Of a DNA stretch of 64,000 bases, positions 50,824 to 61,340 are shown one piece after another; position 1 is the first letter of the stretch, and every line of letters begins with the position of its first letter. The DNA comes from Moniliella sp. 'wahieum'. Lineage: Eukaryota. A program made the position numbers and the translations under genes. The DNA is taken from positions 248,001 through 312,000 of the forward strand of contig RSEE01000039.1 in NCBI GenBank assembly GCA_003971905.1. The letters are read 5' to 3'. The notes beneath the pieces are model-generated. The model ran no database searches. It saw nothing but the letters and a program-made list of their open reading frames with translations, and was not told where the DNA came from.

Positions 50824-51826
50824 ATGGTCCGACTGTTCTTACGGGCGCCACGGGGGTACATTGGCGGTAGTGTACTGGCCCTCGTTGTGGCCACCATCCC
50901 GACTGGGACGTGACGGTTTTGGTGCGCGACGAGGCCAAGGCGCAGTTGGTTCAGAAGGCCTATCCCACGGTCCGCACCGTCCTTGGCGACGTTACAGCGA
51001 CAAACCACACTCGAGTCCCAGGCGGAACAAGCCACGGTGGTGATCCATACGGCTGGCAGTGACGAGGACCGAGTCGGCACCCCGGCTCTGCTTCGTGGTG
51101 CGGCAAGAGGCGAGTCGACGTACTTGCACACCAGCGGAGGTCTGGCATGGGCAGCAGCGGCGCTGGCTGCCAACCAGTTTGGTGTACCGACCTGCCAGGA
51201 GGCGTACGATGACTGGCACGGTGTCCAGCGCATCCTCGACCGGCCGCCCGAGGCACCACACAGCTTTGTCGACCATCTCGTCTCGGCCGCCCAAAAGGGG
51301 CTGAGAGCAGCGATCGTGTTTCCCGGCGTGGTGTATGGGCAAGGCACTGGCCCCAGCAAGAAGGAGACATACCCACTTTGGGCTGCCGCCCTGGCTCAGC
51401 GCAAGGCATTTGTCATTGACCAAGGCACGAACCGGTGGGGGGCAGTACATGTCCAAGACCTTGCTCGGATCTACCTTGCTCTGGCCGAGAAAGCAGTAAG
51501 CCCCGATTCGTCCGCTTCTACAGGGCTCTGGGCGCCCGAGGGAGGCATGTTCATGGGCCAAAGCGAGGCAATTGTGCTAGGGGAGTATGTGGCGCGTGGG
51601 GCCAAGGTGGGGCATGCGATGGGGCTGCTGGACACGAGGAGGTGGAACATGTGTCGGTGGAGGAGGCTGAGGCGCGTCAGCCCTACATTCGCTTTGTCCT
51701 CCGGCACCGACCTGTTCCCGAGCCGAACGGGCGGTGCGCCTGCTGGGTGGACACCCCAGGGCCCGTCGATGGTGAGGACTTGCCGCGTGGCTGGCGGCGG
51801 AGGCTCAGAACACACAGACGAAATGA
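50824..51826 (+). CDS. NAD-dependent epimerase/dehydratase (atypical SDR)
   Basis: Reconstructed MVRLFLTGATGYIGGSVL (GxxGxxG), VIHTAG, YLHTSG, IVFPGVVYGQG and WGAVHVQDLARIY. Frameshifts at both ends. Confidence 0.87.
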
Positions 51827-52079
51827 CGAGGTTGAGAATGAATATTGAGGAGGCCCGACGAGGAGGGGAGGGGAGCATGTGCGTCATAGGCTGCGTTTGC
51901 CCCACAATTGGCGTGTTGCTATGGCAAGGAACACAGCTGGGGAGACTAGAGAGTGGGCTTCCGTCGGGGCGCGTGCTACGACGCCCTTGGGCTGTCGGCC
52001 CGAACAGATGCACGAAGGCTGCCGGCGTGCCGCTTTCTTTGCTGCGACTAAAATAGGGCCATTGGTTTCAGGCCTTCCA

Positions 52080-52567
52080 TTTTGAAGCTTCCTTGAAGCG
52101 TACGGGGCCGGGGGTCGGACTGCGCAGCCACGCGCTCGGCTGCCCCCGTGCTGCCCTGCTGGGGGCGGCCGCAGTAGGCCCGGCCGTAGCCTGCCGCAGC
52201 CCAGCGCAGCCCATGCAGGCAGGTGCATGATGCTGATGCATGATGCATGATGTATGACATTCATGACACTGCCCCGTGCAGTGCAGGCCGGCGCCTGGCC
52301 GCAGCTGGCGGCCCCAATCTTAGCGCTCGATGACGCGTCCTTCCTAGCCATCGCGGCAGCCGAGTGCACATGCGTCGTTACGTTCATCACGCGTCAACTA
52401 TCGCCGAAACCGAGTTGATGCATGGGCCTGCACCAGCGCAGTGTGGCTGCCGGGCGATAGGCTGCCCACGGCTGGGCACCAGCACTGCCCCGCGTGTGGG
52501 GCGTGTGTCAGAAGGCGAGGGCGCATGGCATGGGCCCTGCCAGGCACTGCCAGGCACTGCCAGGCAC
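52080..52567. repeat. Palindromic repeats upstream of the Pmp3-family gene
   Basis: CATGATG at 52226, 52239 and 52246; (TGCCAGGCAC)3 at 52538-52567. Confidence 0.75.
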
Positions 52568-52763
52568 CTTTTCTGATCGTGGATGCGCTCCGAGGGCGGC
52601 CGGGCTTGCGCCGCGGAGGCTAGCTTGGCGCCGGTGGCCATTGGGCCACAACATCCACCCCAGATGGCAACCATGTGAGTTTGCGGCAACGGCGACCGGC
52701 TTGCCAGCCTTCGTTCGATCCCGTCTTTTTCCGTTCTGCCCACCTTCCCCTACACTTCCCGCC

Positions 52764-53732
52764 ATGTCTGAAGGGCGCCCTGCCCCTGCGTATCCCACGC
52801 GCCAGACCGTCAACTACCGCCGCGGCAAGCGAGCGGCCAACCCAATGAAGCGCCGCCATTGGTACACTGGTCTGATCATTCTGTGTGGCTGGCTGTTGCC
52901 ACCGCTTGCGGTCGCCGTGCGCTTTGGGATTGGCCTTGACTTCTTCATCAATGTCATCCTCACCTGCTGCGGCTACATCCCCGGCCACATCCACAACTTT
53001 TGGATCCAAAACATCCGCAACAACAAGAACAAGAACCATTCGCCCGCCTGGGCCGTACGCAACGGCTTGATCAAGGACTACCGCCGCGACAAGGCCCAAA
53101 AGCGCCAATGGGCTGGCCGATACGACGACGATGGTATGGTGGGTGGCACCTCCCATTACGACCGCCAGCGCTGGGAAAATGAAGAAGTGGTGGTCGATCC
53201 CGTCTCGGGCGAGACGAGGCGGGAGCATCCGGTGGCTACCGGCTTGCCCCCCGCGCCGTGGAAGACGGACCCCAATGCGCCCAACGGCCGCGACTGGGAC
53301 GATGACCTGGCCCCCGAAAAGCAGGAGGACCGATTTGCTCGCAGCAAAAATGCTCGCAATCCTGCCCCGGCAGGCAGGAGGGACAGCGTGACGGGCGCGT
53401 GGATTCAAAGCGGGGAGGAGTTGCAGCCGAATGTCCCTGGCGGCAGTGGCTCCACCAGCGGACTCGACGCGGGGAGGGACAAGCCGCGCAAATCAAGCAA
53501 GAAGAAGGCGCCGTTGCAACAACAGTATGCTGAACGATATGGCTTTTCCCGTTCGTCCTTGTCCAATTCGAGCGACAGCCTCCGTAATGCGCGCGGGTGG
53601 ACGGCCGGGTCGGGCGATGCATTGGACCGTGAGCTGCAAGGCGGTAGGAGTGCCGATGTGCCACCCAAGACTGTCTCGAACAATCCCTTCGACCGCGTCG
53701 TTGCGAACGACGGCCTTGATCATCAATTCTAA
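52764..53732 (+). CDS. Pmp3/UPF0057-family membrane protein with a long hydrophilic C-terminal extension
   Basis: GWLLPPLAVAVRFGIGLDFFINVILTCCGYIPGHIHNFW. Intact 322-aa ORF. Confidence 0.88.
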   Translation: MSEGRPAPAYPTRQTVNYRRGKRAANPMKRRHWYTGLIILCGWLLPPLAVAVRFGIGLDFFINVILTCCGYIPGHIHNFWIQNIRNNKNKNHSPAWAVRNGLIKDYRRDKAQKRQWAGRYDDDGMVGGTSHYDRQRWENEEVVVDPVSGETRREHPVATGLPPAPWKTDPNAPNGRDWDDDLAPEKQEDRFARSKNARNPAPAGRRDSVTGAWIQSGEELQPNVPGGSGSTSGLDAGRDKPRKSSKKKAPLQQQYAERYGFSRSSLSNSSDSLRNARGWTAGSGDALDRELQGGRSADVPPKTVSNNPFDRVVANDGLDHQF

Positions 53733-53956
53733 ATCGAACCGCACCCTCCCTCCCCGTGGGTTCACCTGGGATGCATCACACAATCAGTTTGGTCTCATGT
53801 GTTGATGCGTGGATGCATTGTTTCTCTCCTTGGCTTCCCTGCTTCATATGTACCTCGCCATCTCTGCTACGCATATTTCCGGCGCTTTGCCCGCTCCGTC
53901 CCACCCTCTGTGAATCAAATGGACTGATCGACGAGATTGCCAAAAGAGGTAGAATT

Positions 53957-55272
53957 TTACTGATGTACAGTTTCTTGTACACCTGCCTCGGTCCCATCCT
54001 CTGTCTCTGCCGCTTGCGGCGCGGGAGGCGGGGGCGCGGGCATAAGCCGTTGGTGCAACGCCGCGGTTGCCCCTAGGGCAGCAGCCTGAGCTTGCAACAG
54101 GGGGAGTAACGTAGCTTCCGCAGCTCGGACCGTCTGTGGGGGCAAGTTGGCCTGCGAGAAGATGGCCTCCTCTGGGCCTGCAACGGAAGAGGAGGCAGGA
54201 CAGACGAGCATCGTCAAAGCCAAGAGGGCCAACGTACCATGCTCGATCCGCGTAAAATGAATGTTCCACTAAATTCAAGTTAGTGAAAGGTAGATGCGAC
54301 ACAGAGGAGGATCGAGAAGCACATACGTGGTCCAGGTGGGACCCAGCGCGGGTGTAGGAATACCCCACGCTGAGGTACAGGCTGTACGCGGCACGATAGA
54401 GGAAGAGGGCAAGTAAGCTCAGCATCGCGGGCAAGCGCCATGCCCGACGTGTCAACGAACCCTTACTCTGAACCCGAGGGCAGATGGAGGCGAGGAGAGG
54501 GAGAATAAAGGCAGAAACCAGTCTGCTACGGTTTGGACGACAGTGAGGGGTATCAGGTGGTCCAACAATCCCAGGACACCGGGTCCCAGGGTGGCTAAGG
54601 AGAAGAGAGTCGCTTGGAGCGCCAGCTGGCCCAGGCGCGTGACGAGAAGCGAATAAAGGGCAAAGTCAGACCAGCCATGTGGGGAGGGGTCCAGATTTTG
54701 CCCAGAGAGGGGGCGACAAAAGTCGCAGGCGAAGACCTCGGGCCCAAAGAGCAAGTAGGCCCGTCGACCCTCCATGCTGCCCACTCGCCGCAGGATGGGC
54801 TCGAGGGCGGGTAGATGTGGCGTGCCGTGCAGGAGGGTGCGCAAATGAGCCCGCAGTTCAGAGTTAGGGGCATATGCATCCGTATTGCTTTGCAGAAACA
54901 GGTCAACAGAGCTGGCGGTAGCAGAGGGCCAAGGGACGAGGAAGGCAAAGGTGTGAGCCAAGGAGGCCAGGTGGCTGCCCAGCCCCAGCAAAAGTGCGAC
55001 GACAGCGAGCTGGGGCAGGTGAACTCGGGCTTGCCTGGCTGCCTCGCCGTTTGGACCAAAGCTAAGGGGCTGGACGACACCGACGAGGGGGTTGGAAAAG
55101 CCCCAGGAGCGGGGGCCGCAGAGGAGTGGGCGGCGGCCCAGGCGCGGAAGAGGGCGAGACGAAGGCGAGTGAACAGCGCCCAAGCAAGACGGAGAAGCAG
55201 GACGCCTGCGACGGGCAGGACGAGCTGGAGGATCCACGTGCCCTCCTCGAAGGCGCCCGCCTGCGTGGCCAT
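53957..55272 (-). CDS. Conserved fungal multi-pass membrane protein of unknown function
   Basis: Several hydrophobic segments and the motif ILRRVGSMEGRRAYLLFGPEVFACDFC...DFALYSL, recalled from an uncharacterised fungal family. Spread over 4 ORFs by indels. Confidence 0.6.
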
Positions 55273-55366
55273 GGCGGGGTGGCGGGATGGGCGGATGGGG
55301 TGGGTGAGGAGCGTGTTAGGGAGGTGTGACTGCGAGGGGCTTCGAGGCGGTGGGCTTCGAGCAGTC

Positions 55367-55553
55367 GTTGAAGGTTGAACGTTGAACGTTTAAGCTTGAA
55401 GGCGCACGGGGTGGATTTGAAATTGAAGGCGTGCGCGGTTGAGCCTGGTGGGCGGACGAGTAGGGTTGCCCGTTCCGCGTGCCTGGAACCCGTGCCTGGT
55501 CCAACCCTAACGCACCGCCAGCGCACCACCTGCCACCTGCCACCTGCCACCTG
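55367..55553. repeat. Heptamer arrays in a divergent promoter
   Basis: GTTGAAG GTTGAAC GTTGAAC GTTTAAG CTTGAAG (55367-55401), AACCCTAA 55503, (CCACCTG)4 55526-55553. Confidence 0.85.
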
Positions 55554-55808
55554 ACACGCCCACACGCTGCCCCCCGGCCGCACACGGTCGCCGCACGGGG
55601 CGACTGTGCCTGCGGCTGCCCCGCAGGAAGACGCATCTGCGGGGCAGCGCAGCACCGGCAACCTCTCATTCACCGGCATTGATCATCGCAACGCCTCTTG
55701 TCCGCCACCCGCCGCCTCGACCCTCCCATCACCATCACCACCGTCACCATCACCATCACCGCCACTGCCATCTCCACCCCCCACCCCATCGCTCTCCTCG
55801 CCGTGGCC

Positions 55809-57339
55809 ATGTCCAGCCCGGCCGATCTGCTCCGTACGTCCCCCTTCAGTCGCGTCGAGCCCTACGCACTTGCTCACCCGCCTCTCCTCTCCCAGTCCCC
55901 CTCCCCCCCGCGCAGCAACACGCGCTCCAGCAGCTCTGGTCTCGCCTCCTCGCCCTCTTCCCCCAATGCCCCGTCTCCGCCGCCGTGCTTGCGGCTGGTG
56001 GTCCCCGTACTGTGCCCTCCCGCTTCTCTGCCCGCTCTGCCGAGACAGAGGCCGTCGCCCAGAGCCGCTTGAGCCGCACCGATGACGACGCGGTCCAGCT
56101 CCGCGCTGAAACGAGCGTCCAGGTCGAGCAGGGCGCTCCCCATCACTTTCTTACTCGCTATGGTGGGCCTCTTCTGCGCACTGCCTTCTGGCACTACACC
56201 AACACCGACTACCCCGACGCCATCCTGCTCAACTTTCTTCGTGCCCGCGACTTCCATGTCGAACGTGCTTTGGGCCTGTACGTATTCTCCCTTCGGATCG
56301 CAGCGCAGTCCCACTGACTCGATGGACGATGGTTAGGTTGTGCGAGGCGCTTTCGTATTGGTACGAGCTCGACGTGCCATCAATCTTGCGTGAGGGCGAG
56401 GCCGGAATGCGCTCTACCCCCGGCGCCACCGCACTCTGGCGCCATGGTCTCGGCGTCGTGCAAACCGTCAGCAAACAGGGCAACCCCGTTGTCCTGGTTC
56501 GCGTGGGGAAACACTCTGCCACTGCTCAGTCTACCGAGACAATGCACCGGCACATGCTCCTCAGTCTCCTCTCGGCCTCTGCCTGTGCAGGGCCATGCTC
56601 GGCCACGGCTGCAGCAGATGGGCCCGAGTCGGGATCCGGCAAGTTAGTGGTGATTTGTAACATGGCTGATTTTACCATCCAATCCATGGACTGGCAAGCG
56701 GTTCTCTTTTCCGTCCGCTACATGGCCGTCCTGTTTCCCGAACGGATGGAGCGCGTCTACATCCACGCCTCTCCTTGGGTCTTCCGCTCGGTATGGCAGA
56801 TGCTCCAGCCAATGATCGAGCCCATATTGCCCAAAATCCGCTTCTCGTCCTCGGCCGCTGACTTGGCTTCTATTCTGGCTTATCCCGCCGAACTTTCCCT
56901 TCCTCCTAACATGGGGGGCCAAGGACCCAAGTTTATCTACCCCCTTCCCGGGCCTCGCGAATCATCCCAAGTCCTTCGGGCGGACATTTGTGCTTTGATT
57001 GAGGCTGAACACGATGCATTGGCCAAGGAGTTTGAGAGCACAACGTCCGCCTGGGCCGCCGCCGGGAACGAGACGGAGCAGAGTGAGGAGCCCGCCGAAC
57101 CAGTGGATGCTATGGTGCTCAAGCGCCGAGTTCAGCAAGTTCAGTTGCGACTCAAAGCGTTGCAAAACCAACCCTACCTCCGCGCCCCAAACGTGTACCA
57201 TCGTCTCGGCATGCTCCATGAAGATGGGAGCGCCACTTTCCTTCCCCCCCAGGCTGTGACTTGGAGGCAATCATCCTTGGGCAGGCCCATTGTATCCCTG
57301 CTCTCATCTCCTGGCTTGCCCAGAACGGGGCTGACATGA
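55809..57339 (+). CDS. CRAL-TRIO/Sec14-family lipid transfer protein region (Csr1-like); possibly the N-terminal half of a fusion
   Basis: DYPDAILLNFLRARDFHVERAL (CRAL_TRIO_N), NMADFTIQSMDW...FPERMERVYIHASPWVFRSVWQML, LPPNMGG, PYLRAPNVYHRLG. Intron at about 56278-56337. Confidence 0.87.
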
Positions 57340-60063
57340 TGACCTTCTCGTATGCTTCCCGTCTCGGCGCTTGTGGTATCGATCGCGCCCCCGACCTAAT
57401 CCCCACCTACCCAACCACCCCGGTCCTGGCTCTTCCCACACCGGGTGCTGTTGCTTCTACCTCTCCTTCCCGGATTGCAGGTGGGGTAGCGCGCCTGTCT
57501 GTTGCTTCGCCTACCCCACCGCCCAGTATGGCCATCCCACCTATCCCCAAAAGGGCCAGCACCGTCCTGTCCGCCAGCTCTCGTTCTAGCTCAGCCATCT
57601 CGCCTCCTCCGACGAGCCAACTCCCCCACTCCCACCGGGTGCGGCGCGTGTGCAGCTGCCAGCGAACGCCCCCGCTCTGGCTCCTCCTCAGGTCGGATGA
57701 GCTTCCCCACCAATGCTTCCGCACGGTCGGCAGTCACGGCCCAGACATCGCCGCCGCTGACCGCCGCATCGACCATGCTGCCCCACAGCTCTACTATTGG
57801 GATCACCGAGCCCGTCCCCACTCGCAGCGGGGCGTGGCAGGAGGAGGATGCCGCAGCAGCCTTCTCGGGTTCGGGTCCGGGGTCTGGTACTGGCTCTGGC
57901 TCTGGCTCCGGCTCCGGTCCTGGTTCTGGCACTGGCTCAGGAGGCGGGGTGGGCTTGGGGTTCGCGAATTCTGGTCCGGAAGAAGAGGTGGACTTGGATG
58001 ATCCAGTCCAGGACCAAGATGACGATGGGCTTGTCGGCCGCGTCGGACGAGTCGGTATCCCAGACCGCCTCACTTTGGCCCGACTACATTCCGCGGCACA
58101 AGTTGTCCAAGGCCGAGGTGGTTCAGAGTGAGACTGAGGTACGGGAGGATGTGGCCAAAGTGCACCGGATGATGAATTTGTTCCTCAACTCGCAAATGTC
58201 CGAATCGGAAGACATTGCTCGCCCCTATGCAGGGACGCGGATGTACATGGCCATCGCGTTGGCCCTCATCAATGCCGTCAAGGCTATGATGACCTTTGAG
58301 CGGATTCATTTGGAAACGGCAGTGCGGTGTGCCAAGCATGCGGGGCAGATTGCCAAGTTGTTGCGCAAGAAGCGGCCCAAGATCCGCCTGCCGGGATGGT
58401 CGGTGACCAACTTTGTTGCCTCCATGACCTACGTCCAACAACAAGCCGAGCTGATCTACTCGGAAGCGTGCCTTATCATCTCCATCATTGGCACCATGCT
58501 CTCCAACGACCCGACCAAACTGGCACGCCACGTGCTCAGCCTGCGCAAGGCCTACCTCATCATCCGTCAGCTGTCTCACTTTTGCGACCGTCGCGACGCG
58601 TTAGCCCAAGGCGCGTACCCTTCGGGCCGAGAAGAAGAGCACCAAGGACCCTAAGGTGTATGCCGTTGATGTGGACTTGCGTTGCGGAATCCAATTGTCC
58701 TATGGTCTCTGTACCCTGGTCTTATCTCTGTTGCCATCCCTGGCAAGCAAGGTGCTTGGCACCATTGGTTACTCGTCCAACCGCGACAAGGCCATCACCA
58801 TCCTTTCCCAGGCAGGCGGCTGGACCACCAAGTCTTCCACACCGGGCATTGGCGTGGAAGACGAGGGGCTGCGGCGTCCGCTGTGCGACATTACCATTTT
58901 GACGTACTACCTCTTTATCAGCAACTATGTGCCCGTTCCCGAAGTCAACCTGGAATTGGCAGACAAGGTGTTGCAGTTCAACCTCCAGCGGTACCCACAA
59001 GGGTTCTTTTACCTCTTCTTCCAAGGCCGGATGCAGAGCATGCTCGCTCTTCCCGAGCGGGCCATGGAGTCGTTCCGGAACGCCATTACATGCCAGCACC
59101 ATATCGTGAACTCAGCCATTTGGTCTACTGGGACTTGGCCCTGTCCTACCTCACGCTCGGTGACAACGAACGAGCATTCGAGTGCTTTGACGCCCTCTCG
59201 CGCCAATCGTCATTTAGCAAAGCCATTTTCCAGTACTCCAAAGCGCTTTCTCTTTACGCTGCCCACACCGAGGGCGCAGCCGGCCAAGGCGATTCGGAGG
59301 ATCCGTCGGTCCAGCGCGCCAAAACGATGATGGCCACCGTGCCACTGCTATGCCAGCGGGTGGCCGGGCAATCCATTGCGGCCGAGCGCTTTGCCTTGGG
59401 TCGCGCCAAAAAGTTCATCCGCTACGGCCGCCTCACCCTTCCCGGACTCGAGTTTGCGTACATTTGGCACACGCTACCCCCACACCGGTCTTTCTTTTGT
59501 ACGAGTCGGCCGGGGCGGTGGCATCCCGGGAGGTGGCGCATCTGGAAAGCGTGGGTGCGGCAGCGTATAACCCGACGGACGAGTCCGAGTGGGCTGGAGC
59601 CTACGCTCTTGCGCTCTTCCTGCGTGGCGCGATTTTGCTTTTCTCTGCCTTCCCACTGGACTATACCCTGCGCCGTCTGCCCCCCGACGACCAGATGCCG
59701 TCCAAGGAAGAGTTGGCCGCCGAGGCAAGCGATTGCTTTTACAAAGTATTTGCGCTGGGCCCCCAGTTGCGCGGGGACGATGCGGGGATCCTTTTCTTTG
59801 CCCATTACGAACTGGGTCGCCTATGGGCGGCTATGGGTCGCACCGAGGAAGCGCAGCGCGAATTTAAAAAAGTTGTGAGTGGGAAACCATTGGAGACCCG
59901 CTCCGCCAAATCCTCCACCTCGCTCTTGGCCAACGAACGGCCGCCGTTCTCATTGGAAAAAATGGTGGTTCACCGTTCCCAGGTGGCGCTTAGTCTCTTG
60001 TCGGATCCACACGGTCGGTACGTCCAAGCTGCCTCGCACTTGCATCGCCAAGAGTTATACTAA
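57261..60063 (+). CDS. Iml2/TTC39 (DUF3808)-family TPR-like protein region
   Basis: MNLFLNSQMSESE, KAMMTFE, QQAELIYSEA, LRKAY, EDEGLRRPLCD, LQRYPQGFFYLFFQGR, FFAHYELGRL. It ends at TAA 60061-60063. No clear independent start was seen. Confidence 0.85.
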
Positions 60064-60891
60064 TCTCTGTCTTCTCCCTTGTAGTTCGCGCACCAACACC
60101 ATCCTCCCCAGTCCTCACGCCGGCCTGGGGTTGAAGCAGTACAAGAGCGTCAGTAGCGGCACGGTGCATACCCGCACCTCCTCCTCCCTCGCTGCCGCCG
60201 ACACGGACGGGTCGGTGCCTACGACCATGGGCCGTGGCCGTGTGCGCACGCACACTTCCTAATCTTCCCTTCTTTTGTAGCGATTCCCGTGTGTGGACCC
60301 CCCCCCCTCTCTCTTCCTCAACAGCATCACGCAAGACGGCGCCACGGTGGCCGGGCTTGGCCTTGAACCCCTATACCTTCCATCGCTCTTTGAAGCTTGC
60401 CCCTTGTCCCTTGCCCCCCCTCTTTCCTCGTTCCTCCCTTGTCGCGATGCAACATTGTACCCCACGCACATTTTGCCTCTTTTATCCATCCACCCTCTCG
60501 CCTGTTTGACGATATGGATTACGGGGCCACATCTAGTTTCCCAGGCGGAGAACTTGGCATGTGTAGCGTTGTAGCGTTGGGCTTATATGCTTCTCGGATG
60601 GCGTGATGGCGCAGGGATGTGGCCTGGTGGGGCCCTCTGATACGGGAACCATCACCACAGGTCACAAGCGGACGGCACGTCCTGGCGCAGCGAGAACCCC
60701 CTTCCAGTTCTCTTTCCTCTTCGGTGTAGTTCTGCTGAAAGCTGTCTGGCCTGTGCGTTGTTGCCCTTTGCTACGCAGAGGGCACGACGTTGACATGCTG
60801 AATCCATTTGATTTGGATGGTGTGAAGCGACAGTGGAGTCAAGTCGTTATTGGACCATTGAATTATCTAGCAGCTCCACAGTATTCGTGCA

Positions 60892-60986
60892 GGTCGATTA
60901 GCTCAGTTGGTCAGAGCGTGGTACTAATACGTCTTCCCGGAGTATTGGTAATGCCAAGGTCATGAGTTCAAGCCTCATATTGACCA
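60892..60986 (+). tRNA. tRNA-Ile(AAT) with a 21-nt intron
   Basis: Acceptor stem GGTCGAT/ATTGACC, D arm GCTC..GAGC, anticodon stem TGGTA/TGCCA with AAT at 60926-60928, intron 60930-60950, T arm ATGAG-TTCAAGC-CTCAT. Confidence 0.93.
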
Positions 60987-60992
60987 TTTTTT
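60987..60992 (+). terminator. RNA polymerase III terminator (T6)
   Basis: TTTTTT directly after the tRNA discriminator base. Confidence 0.8.
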
Positions 60993-61159
60993 GGTTCCCT
61001 TTTTGGCCCCGCATTCTGTACTCTTCATCCCTGCAAAGGGTGTTGAGGGGCCTGATCCCAACGTGCTGGCATCGTTGTCATCAGTGCGGTTAAAGCGCGG
61101 ACTCGGCCACACAGACCGCCAGAAACCCAAACGACTGTGGAGAAGGTGTTGATACTTGG

Positions 61160-61340
61160 TGTAACAGTCGGGGCTAAAGGAGGGAAACCAAGGTCCTGTC
61201 AGAGGTGGGGGAAAAGGCAAGATCTTTCGTGGGAGGAAACAGAAGGCATTGGACAGAGAACAGAATCAACAGGGAAGGGAAGAGCTAGGCACAGGATGCA
61301 GAGTTGGAAATTGGAGCGAGCTTAGTCACTGTCGGTGACA
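61160..61340 (-). repeat. Putative short 3' LTR
   Basis: It starts TGTCAC just after the PPT. Candidate ends are ...TGACA (61197, 144 bp) or ...GTTACA (61160, 181 bp). The 5' LTR is outside the window. Confidence 0.55.

Noticed and set aside
38009..51826. Sedolisin, GH79 and epimerase as a metabolic or biosynthetic gene cluster
   Set aside because: They are interleaved with trafficking genes (Tvp38-like, USO1), and there is no backbone synthase, transporter or shared pathway.
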